The position numbers and the translations under genes are program-made. The notes below the pieces were generated by a model. It was not told where the DNA came from and did not search any database. It saw only the letters and a program-made list of their open reading frames with translations. A DNA stretch of 53,977 bases, counting the filler, from Dimargaris cristalligena (taxonomy: Eukaryota): assembly GCA_003614675.1 (NCBI GenBank). It is 2 parts of 2 records of this genome, joined end to end, with 100 filler letters (N's around TTAATTAATTAA, not from the genome) between each part and the next. Parts side by side here need not be neighbours in the genome. Positions count along the whole stretch, not along the records: positions 27,041 to 53,977 come from ML002531.1; 1 more part is not named here. One strand, 5' to 3'. Below are positions 33,001-44,338 of the stretch, piece after piece. Within the stretch, counting starts at the first letter, position 1; every line of letters begins with the position of its first letter.

Positions 33001-34575
33001 ATTTGCTTCGTTTTCTATATGGCCAGTAGCCTTGGAGGATTTTACAAACGAAACTGCAAAGTGGTGCGACCGACCTACAGTGGGAAACCTCACACGCTGT
33101 TAAATGATATTTTATTTGGCTATTTTCGAGGGTGGGTCAGGCCAATGGGTTTAGATGTAAAATACCCACTAAATTATTTGCTTGCTCGTATGATCGCTTA
33201 ATTGAGACTCCGGGGTTAAAAATGTAGCCGTAAAACACAGGCATTAAGGATGATGTATTTTGTAATGGCGATAGGCTCCCCCTTTGGCAACATGTGTGGA
33301 GCCCGGCGAATGGGTGATTGCATAATAATTGTGACTGGCCGTACCGCCAAACCCTAATTAGGATAGAGCCTACTTGGTAAGTAGGAGATGTAACGGCCAT
33401 TCTAGTGTTACAGGTAGGCCGAGTTGGGCTAGGATCTACTACCTCAGCCGAGTTGGGGTTTGAGGGGGATAATAACTAAATGTATAGATATAAGTATAAG
33501 TATTTTATTAAGACATAAGGTTTGCCGGGTGGCGCAGATCATTATCTAATTTATACCTCGGGCTAATCTATTATGTTTTAATGGGGCCGGTAACCGTTCT
33601 TCGCCTTTTAGGCGTTGCTTTAGAGTAGGGAGGATCAGGTGACCTCAACATCACTAATGGGGTCGATCTCTCCTAATGGTTGCACTAGGAACCAATTTTT
33701 AAACGACCCCCTTTCTTGCAACAGCTTTGGATGATGGTGAAAATCCACACTGTGGTATGAGGTAAGTCAAGACAGCTCCTGTTGCTAATACTTTTGTATT
33801 GAGGCATATGCCGATCCCATGTGAGTATGACGCTTGCGGTTGAAGAGAGATGTTGTGCTATTGGGTGCGTGAAAAATGAGGCGGTGATTAACTAGGGGGG
33901 ATCATTATAGACAGGGTTAGAAGACGATTTGGAGAGCATTGCTGTCCGTCCAATGGGTGTTGGGTTCGACACTTCAATACAGCAGGGTATTTAGGGTAGC
34001 ACGGCCAATAGACACGCGCTGATGCATTACCATTTGAAACCAGGTCCGATGCTGGGCTATTGGCTTTTTTAGTGGGGTAAATCGCCCAGTCTAGTAATAA
34101 AGGCATGAAATAGTGTGCCACGCCCGCTGGCCTATCTGCCTGGTAACAGTGATTGACGGGCTAATTCAAGGGTAGGCGGCATTACTTCGTAGGCTGAGGC
34201 ACAGACATGTCAATGCAACATGCAATGAGGTTAATCAAAGGGGCATTATACAATGCCCACCTCACTCTCATTTGAGGGAAGTAGCAGCGTTATAGCGAAT
34301 AGATGGGTATTATATAAACCCACCCTCAAGGTCCCCTAGTGACTATATTTTATACTTATCCAACACAGCCAATGCTTTTAAGGGCGGTGTTTCATATTCC
34401 TAATTGGTCCCGTATCCGACATAATTTTCTTGGCGGAAATACCTTAATCTACTTATACCCGGTATTCTTGCACATAATTACCATTCCTCCGGCTCCTCTT
34501 ATATTTTTATAGTTAATATCGCCGCTATTCTTTCAACTGTTTTTGCCACTAGTGATTACCGCACAGTCATCAGCA

Positions 34576-37134
34576 ATGTGGTGTTTTATTCAGCTGCTTC
34601 CTCTAGCAGCTCTAGCGGCCATTTCCGTACAAGGCCAGTACGATACCGACACCGGCTCTTTAGCCGTTATCCCCAATAGCTACATTATCCGCTTCCCCGG
34701 TGATCCCGGAACGGCCGAAGCCACCAAGGGATCCGCCGCGTTTTACAGCCAAATTAAGGCCCTCAATATCCCCTACACCATCAACCAGAACTACTCGACT
34801 CTGTTTAATGCCGCTGCTCTATCGATTGGCGACGAGTACTTGGATAGCGTCGTCGGTCTGGCCAACAACAATGGCACCTGGCCTATGCGGGTAGTTAGCC
34901 TGGCCGCTCAGGTGGACTATTCCACCCGGTACTACACTCTCCCCCCTAAGAAGCAGCTAGCTCATGCCTACACCGGCGTAGATAAAGCCCAGTCCGAACT
35001 GGGGTTGACTGGAAAGGGCATCAAGATTGGGTTTTTGGACGCCGGGATTGATTACACCCACCCCGCCTTCGGTGGCTGTTTCGGACCCGGTTGTCGGGTT
35101 CAGTACGGGTACGATTTTGTCGGCGACAACTACAACGGGTACAACACGCCCCAGCCCGACGATGACCCCATCGAGGCCTGTAGTGTTCACGGTACCCATG
35201 TGACCGGTATTGCGGTGGGTAACCACGGCGAATTTAAGGGCGTGGCCCCGAACGCCACCATTGGGGCCTACCGTATTCTAGGCTGCAGCCTTAAAACGGC
35301 CACCAACGTTATTTTGGCTGGATTGGAGAAGGCCTACCTCGATGGTATGGACATTATCAATTTGTCGGTGGGTTCAGGTAGTGGCTGGTCCAACTCTTTT
35401 GAGGCCGAGGCGGTGGAGAATGCCTTCCGCCTAGGACGGTATGTCGTGACCGGGGCCGGTAACAACGGTGATGAAGGTTTGTGGACCATCACCAAACCAT
35501 CTGCGAGTCCCCACAGTATTGCCGTGGGTTCCGTGGACCTACCCCAGTACTACGCCCTCTACTTGAACGTGACCACCAGCCGTACGGTGAGTTACCAGCG
35601 CAGCGATCAGCAGCGCTTCTTGGCCCCCCTTAATTTAGTCAACGTCCCTATCGTTCAGGCCCAGAGCAGTGCGGGGGATGACTTTGCTTGCACGGCGTTA
35701 ACTGGGGTCAAGGGTGCAGTTGTGTTGGCCCAGAAGAGCGGCAGCTGTTCCCTTATCGACATGGTCAAGAATGTCTCTAGTTCCGGTGGTTTGGCCCTGG
35801 TGGTCTACAACAACGAGGCGGGTGACTTGGGCCCGCTCACGTACACCGAATACAACACCCTGCCGTCCTTTTCGATTCTCCAATCCGCTGGATTGAAACT
35901 AGTGGCCCAACTCGCCGAAGGCGGCTCACCTAAAGCCACTGTCAAGAACGACGCATTCATTTTTAAGAATAGCATGACTCAGCCCAGAGTCTCGTGGTTC
36001 TCCGCCTGGGGGTTTACCCCCGATGGCTATCTCAAGCCCGATATCGTAGCCCCGGGTAATGGGATTTACTCCACCATTCCCCAGGGCCAGGGCTCCTACG
36101 GGGTGGGGGCTGGTACTTCCTCGGCGACCCCTTATGTGGCCGGCTCCCTCGCCCTACTCTTGGAATCCAAGCGGGTGACCACCAACTTGGACGTATTCTG
36201 CTTATTGCTCAACACCGCCACCCCACTGTTGGACCGCCCCACTCGCTATGAATCCGCCGCCACGCAAGGTGGCGGGTTCCTGCAAATTTACAATGCCCTC
36301 ACCACTAATTTTACATTCACCGTCTCCTACAAGCACGAGAGTCGCTACAGCTCGGACAACTCCAAACTGGTATCCCGTACGCTGAACCTCATGAACCTGG
36401 GTTCCACCGCGGTCACCTATAATTTCGTCTATCTACCCGCTGTATCTGTGTCGGGCTTTGACAAGTCCAACGTGTCGGTTTCTACACCGCGCACTAGTGC
36501 GGTGGCGGCGGATGGTTACTTCAACGCCGACACCGTTAAGGTACCGGCCAAAGGCACCGCCAAGAACAGCGTTTCGGTTGATTTGTCGGCCATTCGACCC
36601 AACGACTTCATGGCCCATAGTGGGTACGTAATCGCCTACCCGGCCGACGGCAAGGGCTATAATCTGACGTACCCCATTGGCGGTTACGCCTACCCGTCCG
36701 CCACCATCCCTATGCTGAGCCCCCAGTTCGGTGGTATCGATCTACCCTGCACCAGGCGCCAGTCCGCCGCGACCTGCCTGACGGGTACCAATTCCTTTAC
36801 GTTTGTCGGCAATGACGTGCCCGTCATCCGTTTCCACCTCCAACACCCCGTCCGCCGTCTTCGCATTCGGATCGCTTACTCCAAGACCCCCGATTCGGCC
36901 CACGCCAGTGTTACCGAAAACCATTTTTTGTGGTTGGGTAAAAATCTTTTAAGCGACGACCAGCCCTACTACGAGTACAGCTGGAACGGCCGGGCCTACT
37001 ATTCCGATGAACCCAATGATATTTTCAATTTGTCGAATAACGACTATGTCCTAATGATGGATTTCTACGCTACTACCGGTGACGACCCACCCACGCGTTA
37101 TACCTCCAGTGTGATTCGCGTGGCCCGCAAGTAG
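34576..37134 (+). CDS. Secreted S8 subtilisin-like protease with PA domain and C-terminal Fn3/Ig-like region (~852 aa, intronless)
   Basis: Signal peptide MWCFIQLLPLAALAAISVQG, I9-like prodomain (IPNSYIIRF), triad motifs GFLDAGID, HGTHVTGI and GTSSATP, oxyanion GAGNNG, PA insert (GAVVLAQKSGSCS...LVVYNN), KPDIVAPG. Confidence 0.93.
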   Translation: MWCFIQLLPLAALAAISVQGQYDTDTGSLAVIPNSYIIRFPGDPGTAEATKGSAAFYSQIKALNIPYTINQNYSTLFNAAALSIGDEYLDSVVGLANNNGTWPMRVVSLAAQVDYSTRYYTLPPKKQLAHAYTGVDKAQSELGLTGKGIKIGFLDAGIDYTHPAFGGCFGPGCRVQYGYDFVGDNYNGYNTPQPDDDPIEACSVHGTHVTGIAVGNHGEFKGVAPNATIGAYRILGCSLKTATNVILAGLEKAYLDGMDIINLSVGSGSGWSNSFEAEAVENAFRLGRYVVTGAGNNGDEGLWTITKPSASPHSIAVGSVDLPQYYALYLNVTTSRTVSYQRSDQQRFLAPLNLVNVPIVQAQSSAGDDFACTALTGVKGAVVLAQKSGSCSLIDMVKNVSSSGGLALVVYNNEAGDLGPLTYTEYNTLPSFSILQSAGLKLVAQLAEGGSPKATVKNDAFIFKNSMTQPRVSWFSAWGFTPDGYLKPDIVAPGNGIYSTIPQGQGSYGVGAGTSSATPYVAGSLALLLESKRVTTNLDVFCLLLNTATPLLDRPTRYESAATQGGGFLQIYNALTTNFTFTVSYKHESRYSSDNSKLVSRTLNLMNLGSTAVTYNFVYLPAVSVSGFDKSNVSVSTPRTSAVAADGYFNADTVKVPAKGTAKNSVSVDLSAIRPNDFMAHSGYVIAYPADGKGYNLTYPIGGYAYPSATIPMLSPQFGGIDLPCTRRQSAATCLTGTNSFTFVGNDVPVIRFHLQHPVRRLRIRIAYSKTPDSAHASVTENHFLWLGKNLLSDDQPYYEYSWNGRAYYSDEPNDIFNLSNNDYVLMMDFYATTGDDPPTRYTSSVIRVARK

Positions 37135-38395
37135 CGATCGACGCTCCTGACCTTGTTCTACGCTGTGGTCCTTTGGCAGGTCTCTGCGAGTTCCTCTACA
37201 GGATTATATATATAGCAGCACTATGATATTGGTACCTTCCCCGACCCTTAATAAAACCTGTTTTGTCCCCTGTGTCTACCCAAGTATTAATTATCTTGTC
37301 CTATAAATTCCTAAAGCTTTCTTCGTAAATATTATGGTCCATTATTAGTAGCTGGTGGGTGGTTCTGGAATATCTGATGTCATGATGTTGTAATAGGAAA
37401 CTGGGAGAATAGTATGCTAATAAGTACATGGGCCTCAGACGGCGAGGCAGGTATTTTGTTTGGTCGTCAGCACTACTGCTGTGTTATTAGAAGGCTGGAG
37501 TGGTGTAGTACTCAGTATAGCATGGCCTCGAAGCTATGTTTTAAACATCGGGCCAGTATCTATTAGATTGTTATTAATGTGGGTTCAGCTTCAATATGGG
37601 AGAGATTCAACCGAACTGTATAACGAAAAATCCGTTAGTTGAAGCAAAAATTACTGGTTAAAAATAAATCTTCCATATATTTTCCCATATACTTATCATT
37701 TAAACCATTATACAGCTGGGCCGAATTTCACCCATATAGAGACCTGCCCACCTATATTTGATCAGCATCTTGTACCCAAAGTTCCTAGCTGCTTTTTTTT
37801 CGACTCTGGGTTCAACGGTTGATGCATTAAGACTATTCCTATCATTTGAATTAGCACAGTAACTGTCCAAGGTAGGATAAGCTTAGCCATTAGATTGCTT
37901 TAAAATGCCAGGACTTGGTACCCCATTATATCAATTAATGCACCTGTAGTGCCGTCCAGCATGGTATGATCAATGTTTGGCGGTTGATATTGAATCCCGC
38001 GCATGGATTATTATCAGTGATATACTTAGTTTTATTTGCATCATATCGATGTCTATTGTGTCGGATTTTATTTGTATCACTGCTGCGATTAATAACTCGC
38101 AATTCGTCTATTGTTGATATATCACCAACGAAAACATTCATCATAGCTTCCTACCAACTCGCTTATATCCGCTTTTGTAACATAGCTGGCATTTCCATAG
38201 TATTTCAAATTTGTATATAAAAACGATGGAATACTGCGAAGGAAACAAAAAATTGTCTACCAATTGAAGTTCCCATTTTATATTCAATATTATTACCCAT
38301 TTTTCAATAAGCTCTTATTATTTTCGCTGGTATTGTTTTTTAGCACTTCGGCAATTCTATTTTCTTGTTTTCTACTTTTATACCCAGCGTACACC

Positions 38396-38527
38396 ATGAG
38401 TTCTAGCGCCCTCGGGACCGCCCAATCCGCGTCCTTGAACATCCCCAAACCTTTCAAGTTGGAACTCTCCATTGGGACGTCGAAGCAAACTGATAAGTAT
38501 GCCCAATCTACCTCGCACCTCTCATAG
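38396..38527 (+). CDS. Possible small ORF (43 aa, MSSSALGTAQSASLNIPKPFKLELSIG...)
   Basis: GC-rich ORF island in AT-rich DNA, ACACCATG start context, TATATAAAA at ~38214. No recognised homology. Confidence 0.25.
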   Translation: MSSSALGTAQSASLNIPKPFKLELSIGTSKQTDKYAQSTSHLS

Positions 38528-38906
38528 CCTAGTACGTCGAATATGGGGCCGCCCAGCTCTACATATTTGCACTTCATTACTTGGTGATAGAAGTGCGTTG
38601 AATTGTGGTGATATGACTTTATTTAATGCGTATTATACATCGGCGACTTCATTCTACTCGAAAATCTAGGGCCATTTTTAAATATAGTAATAAATACTGA
38701 TGGCCAGGACCAGGGTTGTTGTGGCCCAAGGGGAATTCCAAGGTACCAACCTAAACCCAATAGAATTACGGCATTTAATGAGGAGTAATGGAATACAGCA
38801 ATATGGCTACATAGGTTAGGGAAAGTAAATGGTCCAAATACATAGCTGCCGTCGCAGCTAGCAGTAAATTTGATCGACGGCAGTGCTTCTGATTTGAAGG
38901 CGGATC

Positions 38907-39877
38907 TTACCTCCGAATGATCTCCATGAAGAATTCGCGGTAACCAGGGACGGTGGCCTTCACTACATAGGGTGACTGGTAGGAATGGTAGGTAGGCGTG
39001 TACATTAAACGGTCGATAAGTTAGAAGCTGGGATTACGGTCAAGTATCCGAGAGTAACCATTGCATCACACTAGTATACAGAAATCACTCTATCCACACT
39101 TACACTGTATAACCGGTTTAGATAACCGGCCTGTTTCTTCATATCCCGTAGGAGCAAAGTTTTGTTTCGAATCTTTTCGGCACGGTTCTCGATCATTTGC
39201 CGTAGGGTTATGATCATTTCCTGGTGATTGTGGTGCTATGTTGGTGAAGGTATGGTTGATAGCCACCGTGAAACGAAAGTACCATGGTTGTTAGTCCATC
39301 GGGATAAACGCAGAGAGCCGGCTGTAAAACAAATGTACAAACGTGTGCTTGCTGATAGTTATTGTTGGGGAATTGCCTACCTCACGCATTAGGCTCACTA
39401 CGGACTGCCCTAATTCTTCGTATTGCCTCTGAAATGTGATATCGTTGACCGAGCCCTGGCTATAGGTTTGCTCAAGGTCCTCACTGGTGGTGATCAAGGG
39501 ACGATGGCTCATATATACAGTTGCCATGGTGGTGAGATGAGAAGGAGAGGGTGTAGGATCTCAATAAATGCTGTATACAGATGGCTGGGCTTACCTAACT
39601 TGGACTAAACTATCTAAGGCGCCCTTCAGGTCATTGATCAAGGCGACCGATTCTCGATAGGAACCGGCCTAACTCCGCCGGCATTGGTTAAAAGGAGGGA
39701 GAGGTAAAGTTGGGTATTAGACCATGGATTCTTGTTGGACAGCTCCACTATTTCATTAGGTTAGGGTGAAGCATAGCGGGGGATTAATGGGGGGACCGCC
39801 TGGGAAGCACTTACAGGATCGTTAAGAGTCTGCGTGGAGTTACATTGGGATGTCTGAAGATCCGAGGAGGCCATCAT
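38907..39877 (-). CDS. Uncharacterised five-exon helical/coiled-coil protein (~146 aa); exons 39877-39815, 39668-39595, 39483-39381, 39235-39104, 38975-38907
   Basis: Four GT(A)-AG introns, two with CTAAC branch sites, all phase-compatible, give MMASSDLQTSQCNSTQTLNDPAGSYRESVALINDLKGALDSLVQVSEDLEQTYSQGSVNDITFQRQYEELGQSVVSLMREHHNHQEMIITLRQMIENRAEKIRNKTLLLRDMKKQAGYLNRLYSSPYVVKATVPGYREFFMEIIRR. Confidence 0.7.
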
Positions 39878-40380
39878 CTCAAAGAAGGGGAAATGCGGAG
39901 TAAGGGACTAACTAACTGACGCGGTTACAGGGCATGGGGAAACTTGAGCATGCGGTGTTGCAGTTACCCTCCATTTCTCTCTATCTGTCTACAGAGCTTC
40001 CCTCAATGGCTGTCCTCAGGAACTATTCGGCTTTTCTACTGCGCCGAGCTCGATATGCACGACAGGGACGGGGAGTGTGGTAATCCCAGGGGATTAGCGC
40101 CCTGGCCCATCTCAGCTGACCCTGGGAAGTGGTCGTTTTGCTATACTCTTAGGGCGCAATGTGACTACTAGGTGGATGGATAAGAGTTGCCACTTTCCCC
40201 ACACACTGCCGTATATTTAGGGGAGAAGGGCTCTCACTTAATACATAATTATCTATAACCTCCTATATGCCCTTGTCTCTCGTCTTTAAAGCTAAACACC
40301 TTTATCAATTTAAACTCCATAACTCTATATCGTTTCCCCGCTTTGGCCCAACCAACTCGCTCACCACCCATTTGGAACGC

Positions 40381-42618
40381 ATGTCCGCCTTGCAACCCAC
40401 GGAGAAGTCGGGCCATTACCAGGGTATGTTCAGCTGCTCCAGCAGCCTAGATGGGCAAGACTGCAAGTCCTCGGGCTAAAACTGACTGGGGTTCTTTGTC
40501 ACTAACTCTACTGCCCTGGCTTTGGTCCTTTAATTGCTATACCCTAACCATGTACAAATAAGTGAAAGTCAAGGGCTTCCCTTCGGCCCCACCAACTCAG
40601 CCCTATAGCCGAGCCCGGCGCGCTAAACGGGTGTTTATATACGCCGCCGCAGCGGCCCTCGGGACCTGGGCCACCTTTTATGCCCTGGGCGCGTATGATA
40701 CAGGTAATGAATGAGCAAGTCAGACTCTCGCAACATACCAACCGGGGTTTTCACTCTAATTTTAACCCATGGGCCATGTTGGTGTGCTTTATACCAGAGA
40801 TGGGGGTGAACCTACTCTCCGCTTCTTGGTTAAAGAAAGCCCCGCTCTGTAATGATGTGGACACCCTACTTAAATTACCCTGTTCCTTGTCAAAAACAAC
40901 CGGGTCTTCGTCATTATATATCAGATGGCTTGGAATGCAATACCACCACCACCCCTATTAACCATATTCTCTCCATACCCATTAATCGATACCTCTACCC
41001 AACTATTGGATAGATACCGCTCCGCAAACTCCCGCTGCCCGCAGCTCAGACTCTGTCACTATCATCAACGAGGACCTACTGGACCAGAAACATCTGCGCA
41101 GTCACTTGGAAACCTTCTACCACATCGCCCAAACCACCGCCAACTCCCGCTCTGTGCGCAAGGGTTTCCGGGAAACGGCCGATTATGTTTTTAATCTGCT
41201 GGAAAGTCAAAAGGCCTGCGATACCCTAGAGACCCAGTGGTTCAAGAGCCCCGTGTGGACCGAACACCGCCCCGCCCGTTTATCCATGTCCTATCCGTAC
41301 TGGGCTTCGTACCAAAATGGCGTCGATTTCAAGAGCATGCGCTACGGTGGAAGTGGATCGACTTACTTGCCCAACTCACGTGTCATTCCGGTTCGCTCCG
41401 GTGGATGTGATCCCAAGCACTACGACGCCGAAGCCAAAGGTGCCGTGGTTGTCATGCAGGAAACATCCGCGTGTACCTTTTGGGAAGCGGCTTATACGGC
41501 CGAGCAAGTCGGAGTGGCCGCCGTGCTGTTTTTCGGCCAACCCAGTCGGCGCCGTCTTTTGAACCACCGCATTCGCCTGGTCGGCTGGAAGGAAGGAGAC
41601 CCTCTGGTCAAGATTCCCGTCCTGGCCGTATCCTACGCAGTCGGTCGAATGCTTTCGTTCACCCCCAACGCCCGGGTCAATATTGTAACCTCGGCCGCCA
41701 TTAGCATCGAAAAAACCTTCAATATTCTTTGCCAGTGGGACGCGCCCCAGGTTAACGACACCATTGTTATTGGATCACACCTCGGTAAGTACCCATTATC
41801 TGGTGGCTATGTATATCGTTGCCGATTTCAATGCTAAATTGAGAATATTAGGCTCAGCGTCGTAAAGTTATGGACACACTCTAATGTTGGAATATGAACT
41901 GACTGACTGGTCTATATTGACCCCGTTGTTTGCATTAGATTCTGTCGCGGCCGGGCCCGGCATCAATGACAATGGTTCCGGTAGTGCAACCACCCTGGAA
42001 ACCCTTCTGGCCCTTCGTCGCTCGGGATTCCAACCCACCAACCGCCTCGTATTTGCTTGGTGGAGTGCGGAAGAGGATGGCCTCCTAGGCTCGCGCCACT
42101 TTGTCCGCTCCCTTCACTCAACCCCCGCCGACTCGGACCAACCCACCCCCGCTCCGGGCCATTTGAAGTTTTCCCTCACGTGGGACCAAATCTCCTTTAA
42201 CTTAAACTTTGACATGCTGGCCTCGCCCAACTATATCCCCATGGTGCATCGTGCGTCCGACGCCCCGGCCGACGTAACTATTGGTTCCTATTTTGTCCAA
42301 AAGGAATTCGAGACTTTTTTCCAAGGCCGTGGTTATCCGTATATGTTGTCCGATATGAAAGGGGGCAGCGATTTCGTGCCGTTCATGGAACACGGTGTGC
42401 CCACCGGTGGAATCTTGACGGGTGCTGCCGAAATCAAGACCGAAGCCGAACGTAAAAAATTCGGCGGGTTAGCCAACGCCCCGTTGGACCCGTGCTACCA
42501 TCAGGCCTGTGACACCGTCGATAATATCAACTGGGAGGCCCTGTATCGTATGTCTGAAGCGGCCGCCCATGTCATTCGCGTTTTCGCTGGGGCGGACGAT
42601 GTTCGCCTGCAAGCCTAG
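40381..42618 (+). CDS. M28 metallo-aminopeptidase with PA domain (aminopeptidase Y-like); exons 40381-40423, 40563-40703, 41014-41784, 41939-42618 (~544 aa)
   Basis: Splicing restores GSHL-DSV. Also GPGINDNGSGSA, WWSAEEDGLLGS, NLNFDMLASPNY, GSDFVPF, DPCYHQACDTVDN and a PA domain (KGAVVVMQ...AAVLFF). Three phase-1 GT-AG introns; the first two exons are less certain. Confidence 0.9.
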
Positions 42619-44338
42619 TATTCCGGGCTTGGGGTTCATTTAGTTTTTATACGCCGGTAGCCGGCTGATTTTATTATTATTCTGGGGCACCTCTTTAACC
42701 AAAACTGTATTCAATTTCCTCTAAGTAGTTTAGCACCTCTTTCGCCACATTACGGCAGGCCGGTCTATCGGATCTTAACTATGTGTTCATTTTACAACAA
42801 CGGGTGGTGAACTCGATCAGACGCAACCGTGTGGAACTATTGGTTTGAATTAAACTGGTAAGTTATAAATATAATGAGTATGTATGCATAATTAAGGGCG
42901 GTTGGGGCCGCAGTGTTGATATACGGGAATGAAAGTAGCCTACCAGTAAGCCCCCAAAGGGACGATGTACATATAAATTGCCATCTCGTCAATAGCCGAT
43001 ATGCGGAAGCGCGGGAATGTGACATAGCTGGCGGAGTACCATTTGCCCTTTCTAGAAGCAATTGGCTTAGGCAGGTCTGGTGAATAACTATATCATGCCG
43101 ACCAGCTATAAAAGGGTTCGTGATACCATATGCCCCCGCCTAAAAAGAGCGGAGCTGATTCCCGGCTGGACTAGGTTGCTCCATTCGGTTGATTTTAAAA
43201 GTAATCATCCCCCAAAGACCAGACACCTGGGAACCATCGGGTTGTTCAGTTAAATATTGTAGTTTGTTTTGCATAATAGTGGCATAGAAATATCTTCCAA
43301 AACCACCTTCTGGGGTGTCGCGAAAATGGCAATATAAAGTCTGCTATGACCTCCCAATTGACTATATTATTTTTTCACTTTAAAGGGCAGTCACTAGACC
43401 ATCTATCCAATAGTAGAAGCAATCCTTCGGTAGATTTTAATTGGTGCTCTCTTTGTGCTTCAATGTTTCACAAAGGAACCTCTTGAAAAGAATGGTCGAT
43501 TTTTGGGGTATCCGTTTGATTACGCTTTTCCTCGTCACCAACCCTAGCGCGGCGCCCTCTGGAGGCGACATCCCTCATACCCCAGGAAGTACGCTGTAAG
43601 GGCCCTAAAAATAATATGAATCACATCGCGCATTTCATCGCCCCTCCTCCCTGGCTTAGTTTGGAAAATATAATTCCAAAATGGATTACCGAAAAGCGTA
43701 CGAGAAGTTTTGCAAGTGGTATATCTACACCCATTGAAAAGGGCTGTCGACCACTTCCCCTTCCCTTTAAATATATACAGCTCGGTAATATAGTGAGTTA
43801 TATGCAATAGCCCCACTACAGCAATGGTCACACTTAAACTGTAAAACTGTACTCGCCGTTTAAAATGGCGAATGATGTGATCGGGCAATAACCCTTCGAA
43901 ACATATGGGCGGGAAACTGGGGATAAGGCTTTCTAAAATAACGAGTAGGACGGGTCAATATGAAGAGAAAGTACATGTCCCCGAAACTAAGCAGAGTTGC
44001 TACAGCCAAACTAACGCAATAGGTTGTAACATCACCCTCCAATAATCCGGCATCCCCTTGGCCAACTTTATATAACGACAGCCTTCCCGCCCCATATATT
44101 CCCCCTTACCCCGGTTTTAGACCCTGCCAATGGCCCTAAGTATTTTAACTCGCTGTTCCGTATTTATTCCGTCTGTTTACAGCCATTTGTTTTACCCCTT
44201 GAGCCGATAATATAGCTATATATACCCTTTTACATGGTCGATTGTCCCACCTACTGTAAGGACCAATGGTAAATCCGCAATATTCGAACCACCCACTTCG
44301 CCAGCCTATAATTTTGTTTTTTTTTAAAAAAGACTATC

